From positions 96,001 through 160,000 of the forward strand of contig CAWHBU010000004.1 of the NCBI GenBank assembly GCA_963827685.1: a stretch of 64,000 nucleotides of DNA. The letters are read 5' to 3'. The notes below the pieces were generated by a model, which saw nothing but the letters and a program-made list of their open reading frames with translations, was not told the DNA's origin and did not search any database. This DNA is from an uncultured delta proteobacterium (GTDB lineage: Bacteria; Desulfobacterota; BSN033; UBA1163). Shown here piece by piece: positions 1 to 8,266 of the stretch (positions are counted from its first letter, which is position 1; every line of letters starts with the position of its first letter). The translations under genes were made by a program, and so were the position numbers.

Positions 1-1
1 G

Positions 2-1633
2 CACGATCTCTTAGTCGGTGCTCCCAATCCGAATTTCCCTGCATGGAACACATTTGACTATTCCATCCTAAGGCATCAATACGGAACCGGCTTCAAAGTC
101 GACGCGATTCGCCCGTTCTTTCTCGATGTCTCATTTCAAAGGGAAAACAGGGATGGAATCAAGCCTGTAGGCGCGGCAGAAACAACTCCAGGAGGCAGAG
201 CCTTTGAGCTTCCAGAACCTGTTGACTACGTAACAAACAATCTGAAAGTTTCAGCAGGATATGCTCAAAAACCTCTGTTCTTGTCGTTGAATTATATCCA
301 CAGCGATTTTAACAACAGCAACGCTTCCCTGACTCTACCCTCCAACTTCAGCGCCCCCAATGCTTTCTCCCTTCCTCCTGATAATACCTATGATAAGGGA
401 GCTTTTAAGGGTGCGGTCAATCTCCCCTTCAATAGCAGATTTAGTACGAACATGGGATTTTCAAGGGGGACATCGGACACATCCATTGTCTCTCTTATTT
501 CTTCAGGTTATACGGGAAAAGTCGATAATGTAAATTATGACTTTGCACTCACTTCAAATCCTATGCGTTTTCTCGACGCAAAAGTGTACTATAAGTATTA
601 CAAGAGGTTTAACAAATCTGATGATCCTACCGGCGTTGTGAATATCTTCTTAAATTACAACGTTGCTACTTACGGAGGAGAACTTGGTTTGAGGCTCCCC
701 GAACATTTTTACCTCTCCGGCGGCTATAAATATGTCAAGACAGAGAGAAATAGGGAGGGAGTAACGGACCCGGCAGAGATTCTACCCTTCAACATGGACA
801 ACATCTTTTTTGCGAATTTAAAATGGAGCGGGGTCGATTTTCTGGAGGCAAGGGTAGGATATGAGAAATTAGATAGAGACGCCCGATACCGAACCGTTGA
901 AAGCGCTGTTAACCCAGCCCGAATATTTGCTTATGCAGCACAGAATAGAGATACTGTTAAGGCCATTCTCGATATCTTCCCTTTGGAAAATCTGAATTTG
1001 GGCCTTGAGTACAGGTATGCAAACACAGATTATTCGGACACGATATTTGGATTGACAGGCAACAAAAGGAATGAGTTCGAGGCCAGTGCCGATTATAGCA
1101 TAGGGAAAATTGCTAAAGTATATGCCTATGGCGATGTGGGACGGACTAAATTCAACCAATTACAATTTGAGGGCACGACTCTTCTCCCTTGGCAAGCGGA
1201 TCAATGGGATAAGACCTGGGGGTACGGCTTAGGGGCTGAAGTCTATGTTATCCCTAAGAAACTGACATTGATATTTCAACATGATTATCTGAAATCGAAT
1301 GGGTCCGTTGACTTCGCTCTTAATAATGGATTGTTTATTGCCGCGACTGGACTTGGTCCCGGAGCCGGGGCGAACAATGATAATATTGATATCGGCAGAT
1401 GGGACGATTACACACTCTATTCCCTTAGCATTAAAGGAGTTTACAATTTCACAAAATCCCTTGCAGCCATGATAGGCTATGCTTATCAGAGATTTTGGTA
1501 CAGTGATGCCCAGTTAAACAACTATATCTTTGCCCCCACAGGTGGTACGAACGCTGCCTTTCTCACCGGGGCTTACAAGGACCAGACATACAAGGCGAAC
1601 TTGGTTTTTGGAGGTATGACCTACAAGTTTTAG
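2..1633 (+). CDS. MtrB/PioB-family decaheme-associated outer-membrane beta-barrel (5'-partial)
   Basis: Frame is open from the window edge (HDLLVGAPNP...RDGIKPVG...FELPEPVDY). Aromatic beta-strand pattern, PDN motif and C-terminal TYKF are typical of MtrB/PioB. Confidence 0.75.
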   Translation, partial: HDLLVGAPNPNFPAWNTFDYSILRHQYGTGFKVDAIRPFFLDVSFQRENRDGIKPVGAAETTPGGRAFELPEPVDYVTNNLKVSAGYAQKPLFLSLNYIHSDFNNSNASLTLPSNFSAPNAFSLPPDNTYDKGAFKGAVNLPFNSRFSTNMGFSRGTSDTSIVSLISSGYTGKVDNVNYDFALTSNPMRFLDAKVYYKYYKRFNKSDDPTGVVNIFLNYNVATYGGELGLRLPEHFYLSGGYKYVKTERNREGVTDPAEILPFNMDNIFFANLKWSGVDFLEARVGYEKLDRDARYRTVESAVNPARIFAYAAQNRDTVKAILDIFPLENLNLGLEYRYANTDYSDTIFGLTGNKRNEFEASADYSIGKIAKVYAYGDVGRTKFNQLQFEGTTLLPWQADQWDKTWGYGLGAEVYVIPKKLTLIFQHDYLKSNGSVDFALNNGLFIAATGLGPGAGANNDNIDIGRWDDYTLYSLSIKGVYNFTKSLAAMIGYAYQRFWYSDAQLNNYIFAPTGGTNAAFLTGAYKDQTYKANLVFGGMTYKF

Positions 1634-1842
1634 CTAAATTTCTCTTTTCTTTTTCGGGTCTCTTCTTGATGCGCCTTAAACAATACGGGGTCGGTCACGA
1701 CCCCATACTGTTCTTTTGCTTTCTCAACGGAGACAAAACCATTCCTCACATCCTTCAGGACTTTCTCCATGGGCCTCTTTAAGGGGTCTCCGTATTTCCC
1801 TTCCGCACCTGCAATCTCATGGAGACTATAGTTTAAAAACAT
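1630..1842 (-). pseudogene. Hydantoinase B/oxoprolinase C-terminal remnant
   Basis: GKYGDPLKRPMEKVLKDVRNGFVSVEKAKEQYGVV matches the family's C-terminal motif; the rest of the gene is absent. Confidence 0.65.
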
Positions 1843-1902
1843 TGTTTAAGTCGTTCATTTATGCTAACATCTCAAACTAAATTCCAAGGAGGTGTGCCTT
1901 TT

Positions 1903-2139
1903 ATGGATATTCGGGAGATTTTGAAAAAAATTGAAAACACCGAGACCTCTAAAGTGAACAAAGTAGCGGTGGCTTACTCCGGAGGTTTGGATTCTTCTCT
2001 CGCCATTGAATTGCTCAGAAGAAAATATAATGCCAAGAAGATCCTTCCCATCACGATTGATGTTGGGCAGGGAGAAGAAGAAGTTCTCGAGAGCAAGAGG
2101 AAAGCCAAGGCTCTCAAAATCAAACCTCTCTTCTTCTGA
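1903..2139 (+). pseudogene. argG: Argininosuccinate synthase N-terminal fragment
   Basis: KVAVAYSGGLDSS and ITIDVGQ motifs with an AGGAGG RBS; the ORF stops 8 bp before the RAYT element. Confidence 0.75.
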
Positions 2140-2147
2140 TTCGAAAA

Positions 2148-3090
2148 GGGGTCAGGTCTTTTATTTTGGTATTATGGTATTGTACTTATCTCTTTCCCTT
2201 TAAAAGGTTGCTTATCGTCGAATAATGCATGCCCAAATAGCGGGCAATTTCAACCTGCAGATAGCCATACTTAACGAGAGCCTCGGCAATCTTCTTATCA
2301 CGCTTCGATTTGTCCATTATTATACCCTCTTGGAAGATTTGATCAAGGGACGGTCTGTTCACATAGCGTTGGCTTTTCGGAATCTCGGGCACGTCTTTAT
2401 GCTTTTTTAGGTGATCAATGAGACTGTCCACAAATTCATCATCACCCAGTATCGTCTGCCCCTTAACCTCTGCCCAGAGTGATGTTTTCTCCATTCCCCC
2501 TTGAACAAACTGCCGGTATTCCTTCTCCGCTTTGGCTCTCTTGCCGCTCAATTGGCCCAGTATCCAATCGGCTGTCAGGCTGGGATGAGGTTTTCCCCTC
2601 CCTACCGTACCACGATAGCTAGACCACTGCCAGTCTTCCGGCCGCTCGACCATCCCGGCACGGACAGGGTTTAAGACGACATATCGACAGACTTCAAGCA
2701 AATGAGCTTCCTTCTGGATAAGGATGGCCTTGTATCTCCCCTGGAAGAGGTGACCGATCCTTCGGTGTCGCTTGTTAAAAAGTTGGGTGTAGACGCCGTT
2801 TAACTGTCGCATACCTATAGAGAGATTGCCGTCGGGGGTCTCGATGAGGAGGTGATAGTGGTTGCCCATGAGGCAGTAGGCATGGCAGAACCAGTTATAT
2901 CGGTGATTGACATGCTGCAGGGTGTTCAGGAAATTCTTGCAGTCTTGGTCGTCTTTATAAACAGCTTTCTTTTCATTTCCCCGGCTGGTGATATGATAGA
3001 CCGCTCCAGGATATTCTATGCGCAGAGGGCGAGTCATAGAGAAACCATATCATAGCTTTGTGAATATATCAAGATAAAAGACCTGACCCC
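2148..3090. mobile_element. RAYT/IS200-like element bounded by 25-bp inverted repeats
   Basis: GGGGTCAGGTCTTTTATTTTGGTAT (2148-2172) versus ATATCAAGATAAAAGACCTGACCCC (3066-3090): 23/25 reverse-complement match. Confidence 0.8.
2186..3037 (-). CDS. REP-associated tyrosine (Y1/HUH) transposase with C-terminal HTH
   Basis: MTRPLRIEYPGAVYHITSRGN, HUH motif in CLMGNHYHLL, GHLFQGRY, YVVLNPVRAG. Confidence 0.92.
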   Translation of the reverse strand: MTRPLRIEYPGAVYHITSRGNEKKAVYKDDQDCKNFLNTLQHVNHRYNWFCHAYCLMGNHYHLLIETPDGNLSIGMRQLNGVYTQLFNKRHRRIGHLFQGRYKAILIQKEAHLLEVCRYVVLNPVRAGMVERPEDWQWSSYRGTVGRGKPHPSLTADWILGQLSGKRAKAEKEYRQFVQGGMEKTSLWAEVKGQTILGDDEFVDSLIDHLKKHKDVPEIPKSQRYVNRPSLDQIFQEGIIMDKSKRDKKIAEALVKYGYLQVEIARYLGMHYSTISNLLKGKR

Positions 3091-3113
3091 CTTGAGCTGC
3101 TCTTTTTCTACAG

Positions 3114-3186
3114 CCTCAACGCCCGGGATAACCGGCTGGTAAAGGCCTGCGGCTTTTACCAGTCCGAGTTCATCCCATTGTTAGCT
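3114..3186 (-). repeat. attC site of the Shedu-like cassette
   Basis: Minus strand AGCTAAC ... CTGGTAAAAGCC/GGCCTTTACCAG ... GTTGAGG: core sites around an imperfect palindrome. Confidence 0.75.
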
Positions 3187-3483
3187 GTCGGGCTTTTTTC
3201 TCTATCTTCTACAACACCTACTATCCATCGTAGTAGCGAATCATAGGTTCTTACCTCGACCTTGTGTCCCATAAAACGATTCCAGGCGGATTTAAATTTT
3301 TCACGTCTGGAATCATTAGAGAACTCTATCTCTCGTCCAATGAGAATAAATCCTTTGGGTTCCCTAAAATCTTTCAATTTTAGTGTATCACGCAAATATG
3401 CTTGGGCAGATGCACAGTAATCTATATATTCAATGGTTTGGCATATAGCCTTATTCGCGACAGATCCGAAGTATAAAATATTA
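3156..3483 (-). pseudogene. DUF4263/Shedu (SduA)-like nuclease C-terminal fragment
   Basis: KAICQTIEY...PKGFILIGR...VEVRTYDSLL motifs; 5' part replaced at an IS end. Confidence 0.6.
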
Positions 3484-3506
3484 GGGAATTGTTTACTTGA
3501 CAAACC
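3484..3506. mobile_element. IS1595-family-like terminal repeat (single end)
   Basis: GGGAATTGTTTACTTGACAAACC resembles IS1595-type ends and lies at the Shedu truncation point. Confidence 0.45.
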
Positions 3507-3596
3507 AAGCCATCCTGCATGATAAGATCATTGTGTCTAACCCAACTTTTTGATATATTCTCTAACACCAAAAGCCATACAATCAGGAGGATGAAA

Positions 3597-3917
3597 ATGA
3601 CTACATTCACTATCAGAACATTTGACCGTGAATTGGCGCAAGAAATACTAAAACTGAAAATAAACGATGGAATCATTAGACCAGGTGTAGAGAAAGCCGA
3701 AGGCTCCCCATACATCATAATAATACAATATATCGGACTCGCGGCCTCTTTAATCACTTTCGCCACCTTCCTTTTTAATTTGATAAAATCGAAACAGAAG
3801 GGCTCCCAAGAAAAGACCAAAACAATAATTTGTACCCAAAAAAATACGGTGGATCTCAGAGAACTCACTGCAAGTTACGAGGAATCGATCTACATAGAGA
3901 TCCAAGAAAAAGATTGA
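3597..3917 (+). CDS. Hypothetical single-TM protein
   Basis: AGGAGG RBS and one hydrophobic segment. Confidence 0.5.
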   Translation: MTTFTIRTFDRELAQEILKLKINDGIIRPGVEKAEGSPYIIIIQYIGLAASLITFATFLFNLIKSKQKGSQEKTKTIICTQKNTVDLRELTASYEESIYIEIQEKD

Positions 3918-3976
3918 AATAGACATTACTGTAGTAGTAATAATCAACCATTCATCAAAATCAGAAAGATAATATT

Positions 3977-4591
3977 TCATTCTTGTTCCTTTACTGCTCT
4001 GATCTCCGCGAGTACGCTACCATCGAATATGAAGCGAATCGCGTCCCATTCCTTGAAATCCGGATACTGATACCCGTAATACGCATACTCCCCACCCGAC
4101 TCGTCACGAAATTTAGGGTTCGGGTACTTCTTAATAATTTCCTGTCTCGTGGTCTTATTTGGTTTTATCCATAAGAATGATTCCAAAATAACCCACTTAC
4201 GCTTAGCCCTTGATCTGGCAATCGCCTCTTGTTCAGCACGAGCTTTGTCACGATTTTCAGCCCTCTCCAATGCCTGCCGAAATGTCCACAAAGTGTCCGG
4301 CGATTCAGGAAAACGAATCTGTGCGGTATATTCCTCTGCCCACTCAGGATACCAAACCCAAACTTTAACATCCGGTTTCAATAGGATACAACGACCCTGT
4401 TCTATCATTTTATTCACTGCTACGGAATCTCTTTGTGAAAAACACGTCGCCATTTCCTCAAAGTCTAATAAGAGAGCACAAGCGGGATACCCCGCTTTCG
4501 TATAGGCCAAGAAAGCAGCATTCGCCGATTGGACGGTTAACAAGGCTATCAATATGATTCCTAATATTACGATAAGTTTCTTCTGCCCCAT
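3977..4591 (-). CDS. Hypothetical secreted protein
   Basis: Signal-peptide-like N-terminus (...VQSANA), GGAGG RBS, 204 aa. Confidence 0.65.
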   Translation of the reverse strand: MGQKKLIVILGIILIALLTVQSANAAFLAYTKAGYPACALLLDFEEMATCFSQRDSVAVNKMIEQGRCILLKPDVKVWVWYPEWAEEYTAQIRFPESPDTLWTFRQALERAENRDKARAEQEAIARSRAKRKWVILESFLWIKPNKTTRQEIIKKYPNPKFRDESGGEYAYYGYQYPDFKEWDAIRFIFDGSVLAEIRAVKEQE

Positions 4592-4600
4592 ATAAACCTC

Positions 4601-4735
4601 CTATCCTTTAGTCTTTTTCCTTATCCTCTTTGCCCTATCCGGTTTGATCTGTATAAAGGCGGCAAGCGCCTCCCCCGGCTTTAAAGGGTAGAGCGAAACG
4701 GGCCTGGCGTATTTTCTCTTAGGTTTTACCTTCAT
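4601..4735 (-). CDS. 44-aa basic ORF (not in the ORF track)
   Basis: MKVKPKRKYARPVSLYPLKPGEALAAFIQIKPDRAKRIRKKTKG; resembles small ORFs I recall accompanying IS1595 transposases. Confidence 0.5.
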   Translation of the reverse strand: MKVKPKRKYARPVSLYPLKPGEALAAFIQIKPDRAKRIRKKTKG

Positions 4736-4748
4736 TTCTTGAAGTCCT

Positions 4749-5098
4749 TTATGACAATCCTAATTGTTGTTTCGCTAAATCAAACAATACCTGTTTTAAT
4801 AAATCGAATACGAATACATTCGATCCCAATTTACTGAAAATAATTTCCTTTGCTTTTTCCCATCGACTTTTATCTCTTGCAGCATCTAAGAAATCATGAC
4901 CATTCCAAGTTAGTCCAGATATAGTCAAAATAATCCCTCTAAAGTGTTTTACATCAATAAAACCGGCTTCATATAGTAATTTTAAATGGTAGTGTATCTG
5001 CTCAATGGAATGGTTAGCCGAAAGGGTCTTTACATCTATTTCTGTTGGTTTATCTGATTCTTCAATCTTTAACAGGATGGTACGAACTAAGTCTAGGC
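4749..5098 (-). pseudogene. DUF2513-family protein, start lost
   Basis: DLVRTILLKIEE...YHLKLLYEAGFI...LTWNGHDFLDAARD; the 5' end abuts the mini-RAYT element. Confidence 0.75.
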
Positions 5099-5106
5099 CG
5101 GATAAA

Positions 5107-5234
5107 GGGTCAGGTCTTGCAATCATACATTTCCATACACGCTCCACCCTTTCTATTGCCCGACTCATAGTAGCATAGTGGAAACCCAGATGTCCGGTAA
5201 TGTCCTTCAATGTGCTATTGCAAGACCTGACCCC
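5107..5234. mobile_element. Miniature internally deleted RAYT derivative
   Basis: GGGTCAGGTCTTGCAAT...ATTGCAAGACCTGACCCC inverted ends; the interior encodes HLGFHYATMSRAI, like the RAYT C-terminal HTH. Confidence 0.7.
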
Positions 5235-5264
5235 AACAACTTACCAACAACTTAGTTCCTTATC

Positions 5265-5322
5265 ACCGGACGGCAAGGCTCAGCGGACGCCATTGGCGGT
5301 CCGCTGGAGCCGTTTGTTCGAT
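5265..5322 (-). repeat. attC site with degenerate core (GTC)
   Basis: Minus strand ATCGAAC AAACGGCTCCAGCGGAC...GTCCGCTGAGCC TTGCC GTCCGGT. Confidence 0.65.
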
Positions 5323-5331
5323 GCTCAGGAG

Positions 5332-5841
5332 TCATCCTCCGCTCAGTGCTTCTGCTGAAGCACGACAAAGATCGTCAAGAATGACGCGCGCCGCTCCAAG
5401 TATTTCTGCGTCCCGAGGGCCCTCACGAGTCTTGAATCCATGTGCCCTCTTGTTTCGAATCCTTTTTAGGATTTCCCCTAGGGCGAGGATTGACTTTCTT
5501 GGATTTGTTTCTCGACACGCATTTATGGTTCGGACTGCTGAAGCTGCTGCTTCAGGATCAAGGCGTTCCTGTGGGTCGCTGAGGACGGTTTCAAGTGGCG
5601 GGTCCAAGTCCAGGAGCTGCTGAACAGGCGGACGTAGGAGGAGAGCTTTGATCTTAACCTCAGGAATTGCCTGGATCAGGTTCGTCATCCGCTTGTACTC
5701 GCTTGAGCCCGGCATGATGTTTGCCATCTTAAGAAGGGTGACCCAGAGCACATCGACCGCTTCGTAATCGGATAGGTGCACGGCGGCTTTGATGTCTGTT
5801 AATGCGCTGGTGATTCGCGCTTTCATGTCCATTTCCAGCAT
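5332..5841 (-). CDS. Cassette protein, HEPN-like
   Basis: All-helical with an RNKRAH (Rx4H) motif; followed by attC. Confidence 0.55.
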   Translation of the reverse strand: MLEMDMKARITSALTDIKAAVHLSDYEAVDVLWVTLLKMANIMPGSSEYKRMTNLIQAIPEVKIKALLLRPPVQQLLDLDPPLETVLSDPQERLDPEAAASAVRTINACRETNPRKSILALGEILKRIRNKRAHGFKTREGPRDAEILGAARVILDDLCRASAEALSGG

Positions 5842-5846
5842 CGCAC

Positions 5847-6251
5847 GAGCCTGCAGAAAAAGTCACTTTTTTAAAAAGTGCTTCTTCTGCTGGATCAAAA
5901 ATAGGAAATGATCATTTTCTCTCATCGAGACTTCTGTGATTCGTGACACAATTTCTTATTTTGATGATCTTTAATAGGATGACGGGACCGTAGGCCGGCG
6001 ATCGCATCTCATCGTTTCGGTACCGGGTATCAAAAATGGACAGGTCTATCTCGTTGTCAATGAGGTAATCAAGGCTATATTCAAACGCCCCGGGCAGTAT
6101 CTGTTTATCAAAGTGTATCGGGATGAACTTCCCCTGGGAATAATCATATTCTTTATATCTCGCCATCCAGCCCTCCTAAGCGGTCCCCGCTCTCTTTTCT
6201 GTTACTGATATGGCGATATTATCATGCTTCCAGGACTTTTTCTACAGCCTC
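5847..6251 (-). mobile_element. IS1182-family remnant (internally deleted) inserted in attC
   Basis: IRs GAGCCTGCAGAAAAAGTC / GACTTTTTCTACAGCCTC (16/18 match); contains the transposase N-terminus MARYKEYDYSQ...PAY. Confidence 0.75.
5912..6166 (-). pseudogene. IS1182-family transposase N-terminal fragment
   Basis: QILPGAFEYSLDYLIDNEIDLSIFDTRYRND...PAYGPVILLKII, then truncated. Confidence 0.75.
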
Positions 6252-6311
6252 AACATCACGGCTCACCGGGAGCCGGATTTATCGGCGATCCGGTGCACCT
6301 ACTGGTTCGCA
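6248..6311 (-). repeat. attC site of the DUF4145 cassette
   Basis: Minus strand TGCGAAC CAGTAGGTGCACCGGATCGCCG...CGGCTCCCGGTGAGCCGTGAT GTTGAGG. Confidence 0.75.
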
Positions 6312-6323
6312 GATTCGTGTACC

Positions 6324-7025
6324 TCATTTGGTGCTACCTGGCTGATTCTTCTGAAGTGTCTTCTCTTGGGCTACCTGGATTATTTTTTGCATTTTTACAT
6401 CCTTCTCGTGCCGTTCTATGTACCATTCCTCAAAAAGTGTCTCGATTAGCCAAATGAGCAAGGCAGCCTCTTCCGGATCCACGTCGATGATTAGATTAAC
6501 GTCCTTCTCCATGTGGGCACCAATGTTCCCGACGTGTCGCACAGCATCGGTGGCTTGCCAAGTCTTGGCATCTACCTTTCCTTCTAGTTCTGCGATTTCG
6601 TCAATGAGCTTGGCCTTCTTAATGCCCCAGAAATCCCGGATTATGCCTTGCAGGCATCGTCGACACAATGTTGCAGATGCCTTGGCACTCTTGTGCTTGA
6701 TGAGGCATGCTTCCTGATAGTCATCCCGTAACTGCTGCGGAATGTAGTCAGGAAATGGCTTTGCGTTGGATTCTGGGACAAGAAACCATTCATGGAGCTG
6801 TTTACCAGTCGCTTGTTTCTTTGGGTCCCATACCCAAATCCGTGATGCAATGCTGATCTTCCGACACTCGGGATTGGGGCAAATCTTGAACTGGATATTC
6901 CCGTAGACTGAGCCGTGATCTTCTGACAGGTACACATTGTCTGTCAGAAACCTAATATCCGAGTCCTGAAGGGTGCACGCCCGATTGCAGTAGGGACATG
7001 TCCACAAGATGCCTTTATTCGTCAT
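6324..7025 (-). CDS. DUF4145 (HEPN-like) protein with N-terminal Zn-ribbons
   Basis: CPYC and CPNPEC; DYQEA...KASATLCRRCLQ; RHVGNIGAH; GAGGAG RBS. Confidence 0.85.
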   Translation of the reverse strand: MTNKGILWTCPYCNRACTLQDSDIRFLTDNVYLSEDHGSVYGNIQFKICPNPECRKISIASRIWVWDPKKQATGKQLHEWFLVPESNAKPFPDYIPQQLRDDYQEACLIKHKSAKASATLCRRCLQGIIRDFWGIKKAKLIDEIAELEGKVDAKTWQATDAVRHVGNIGAHMEKDVNLIIDVDPEEAALLIWLIETLFEEWYIERHEKDVKMQKIIQVAQEKTLQKNQPGSTK

Positions 7026-7037
7026 TGTTCTCTCCTC

Positions 7038-7107
7038 TGCGAACGCCTCCGAATGAGCCGCGCGCGTGTGGATGTCATCGTGCGCCGGCTCTATTCGGTT
7101 GTTAGCC
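7038..7107 (-). repeat. attC site of the protease cassette
   Basis: Minus strand GGCTAAC AACCGAATAGAGCCG...CGGCTCATTCGGAGGC GTTCGCA, with extrahelical bases. Confidence 0.85.
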
Positions 7108-7119
7108 GTTGTCAACTCA

Positions 7120-7911
7120 TCATACGGATGTCCACGGCAGCTTGCTCATCGCGAGAAAGGACACGACATCGTTCGCCGGAATTGCGTCGCCAATGACAAC
7201 CTGCGTCATCGATCGGAAGTATTTGAGGACATCCGCAACCAATTGAGATTCGACAAATGTCTTGGTGTTCCCTTGTCCGTCAGTCGCAGTGAACACGATA
7301 CCGGACTGGTTGCCCGCAAGAGCGTCTATGGCGCTCTGAAGAAATGGGGTGATCGGAGCGTGTTTTGTTACTACAACACCGCGGACCGACGATTCGCCCC
7401 AACAAAACACAGGACCGCCTGAGTTGCCGGGATTGAGCGCAGCATTGAGGACCACACGCTGCTGAGCGGCACCACCGGCTTTCAGCACACGTGCCTCGAA
7501 ACCTGCCACGTAGCCGACAATCATCAGAGGGGCCGGGCCGTTGTACGCGAGCGGAAATCCGAGAGCGTAGACCTGAGTACCAACGGACACAGGGGTGGGA
7601 TCGATTTTGAGGGGAGTTGCGGAAACTGACGACTGCAACTCCAGAGCTGCCAAATCCAGCACACCATCCACTGCCACGATCTTGGCCACTGAATGGGTTG
7701 AGCCGTCAGGGAACTGCACGACAATCGCATTCGGAGCGCCGTTGCGTATAACATGCTCGTTCGTCACCAGCATCCGATTGGCAACTAGCCAGCCTGAACC
7801 TTTACTGCCCGTCGATTGCACAATGACCATCGCCACACAGTCGATAGGCTGCTGCGTGTAAGCGGGCGCTGAACCGTGCATCCACTGAGTCGCTATCGGA
7901 ACGTTGGTCAT
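7120..7911 (-). CDS. Trypsin-like serine protease (cassette gene)
   Basis: Catalytic triad motifs TNEHV, DLAAL and GNSGGP. Confidence 0.9.
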   Translation of the reverse strand: MTNVPIATQWMHGSAPAYTQQPIDCVAMVIVQSTGSKGSGWLVANRMLVTNEHVIRNGAPNAIVVQFPDGSTHSVAKIVAVDGVLDLAALELQSSVSATPLKIDPTPVSVGTQVYALGFPLAYNGPAPLMIVGYVAGFEARVLKAGGAAQQRVVLNAALNPGNSGGPVFCWGESSVRGVVVTKHAPITPFLQSAIDALAGNQSGIVFTATDGQGNTKTFVESQLVADVLKYFRSMTQVVIGDAIPANDVVSFLAMSKLPWTSV

Positions 7912-7942
7912 ATCGCCATCCTCGACTGCTCTTCGCCCCTCC

Positions 7943-7975
7943 GGCCAACAATTAATAGACGAAGTTCCGATTTGT
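7943..7975 (-). promoter_or_regulatory. attI-like site heading the cassette array
   Basis: Minus strand ...CTTCGTCTATTAATT GTTGGCC. This core matches the first cassette's GGCTAAC, and no attC palindrome lies upstream. Confidence 0.55.
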
Positions 7976-8155
7976 TTCCAATCGGTCCTCCTAAGTCCAC
8001 CTTATTACCACTTTTTACGCATGGTGTCTATAAATTTATTAATTCTATTTCACAAATTGCTCTTGGAGGATTTGTTCTTATCCAACGTCCACTATAACTT
8101 GATCTTGTCTTGCGAGTATCCGTTTGAAAATGATATATATGAGTACGCGCCGTAC

Positions 8156-8224
8156 AATGAACTATGGACGATGAACAATGAACAAAAAAAATAAGATACG
8201 GTTCATCGTTTATCGTTCATCGTT
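8156..8224. repeat. 7-nt-periodic inverted-repeat hairpin
   Basis: (ATGAACN)-type units facing (GTTCATC)-type units. Confidence 0.7.
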
Positions 8225-8266
8225 AACTTTGCCGTAAGACGGATTTATTTTCTAACTAATGGGAAC

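Noticed and set aside
7976-8266. Integron integrase next to attI
   Set aside because: Only about 290 bp of non-coding DNA before fabF. The integrase at 52 kb is tRNA-associated and not IntI-like.
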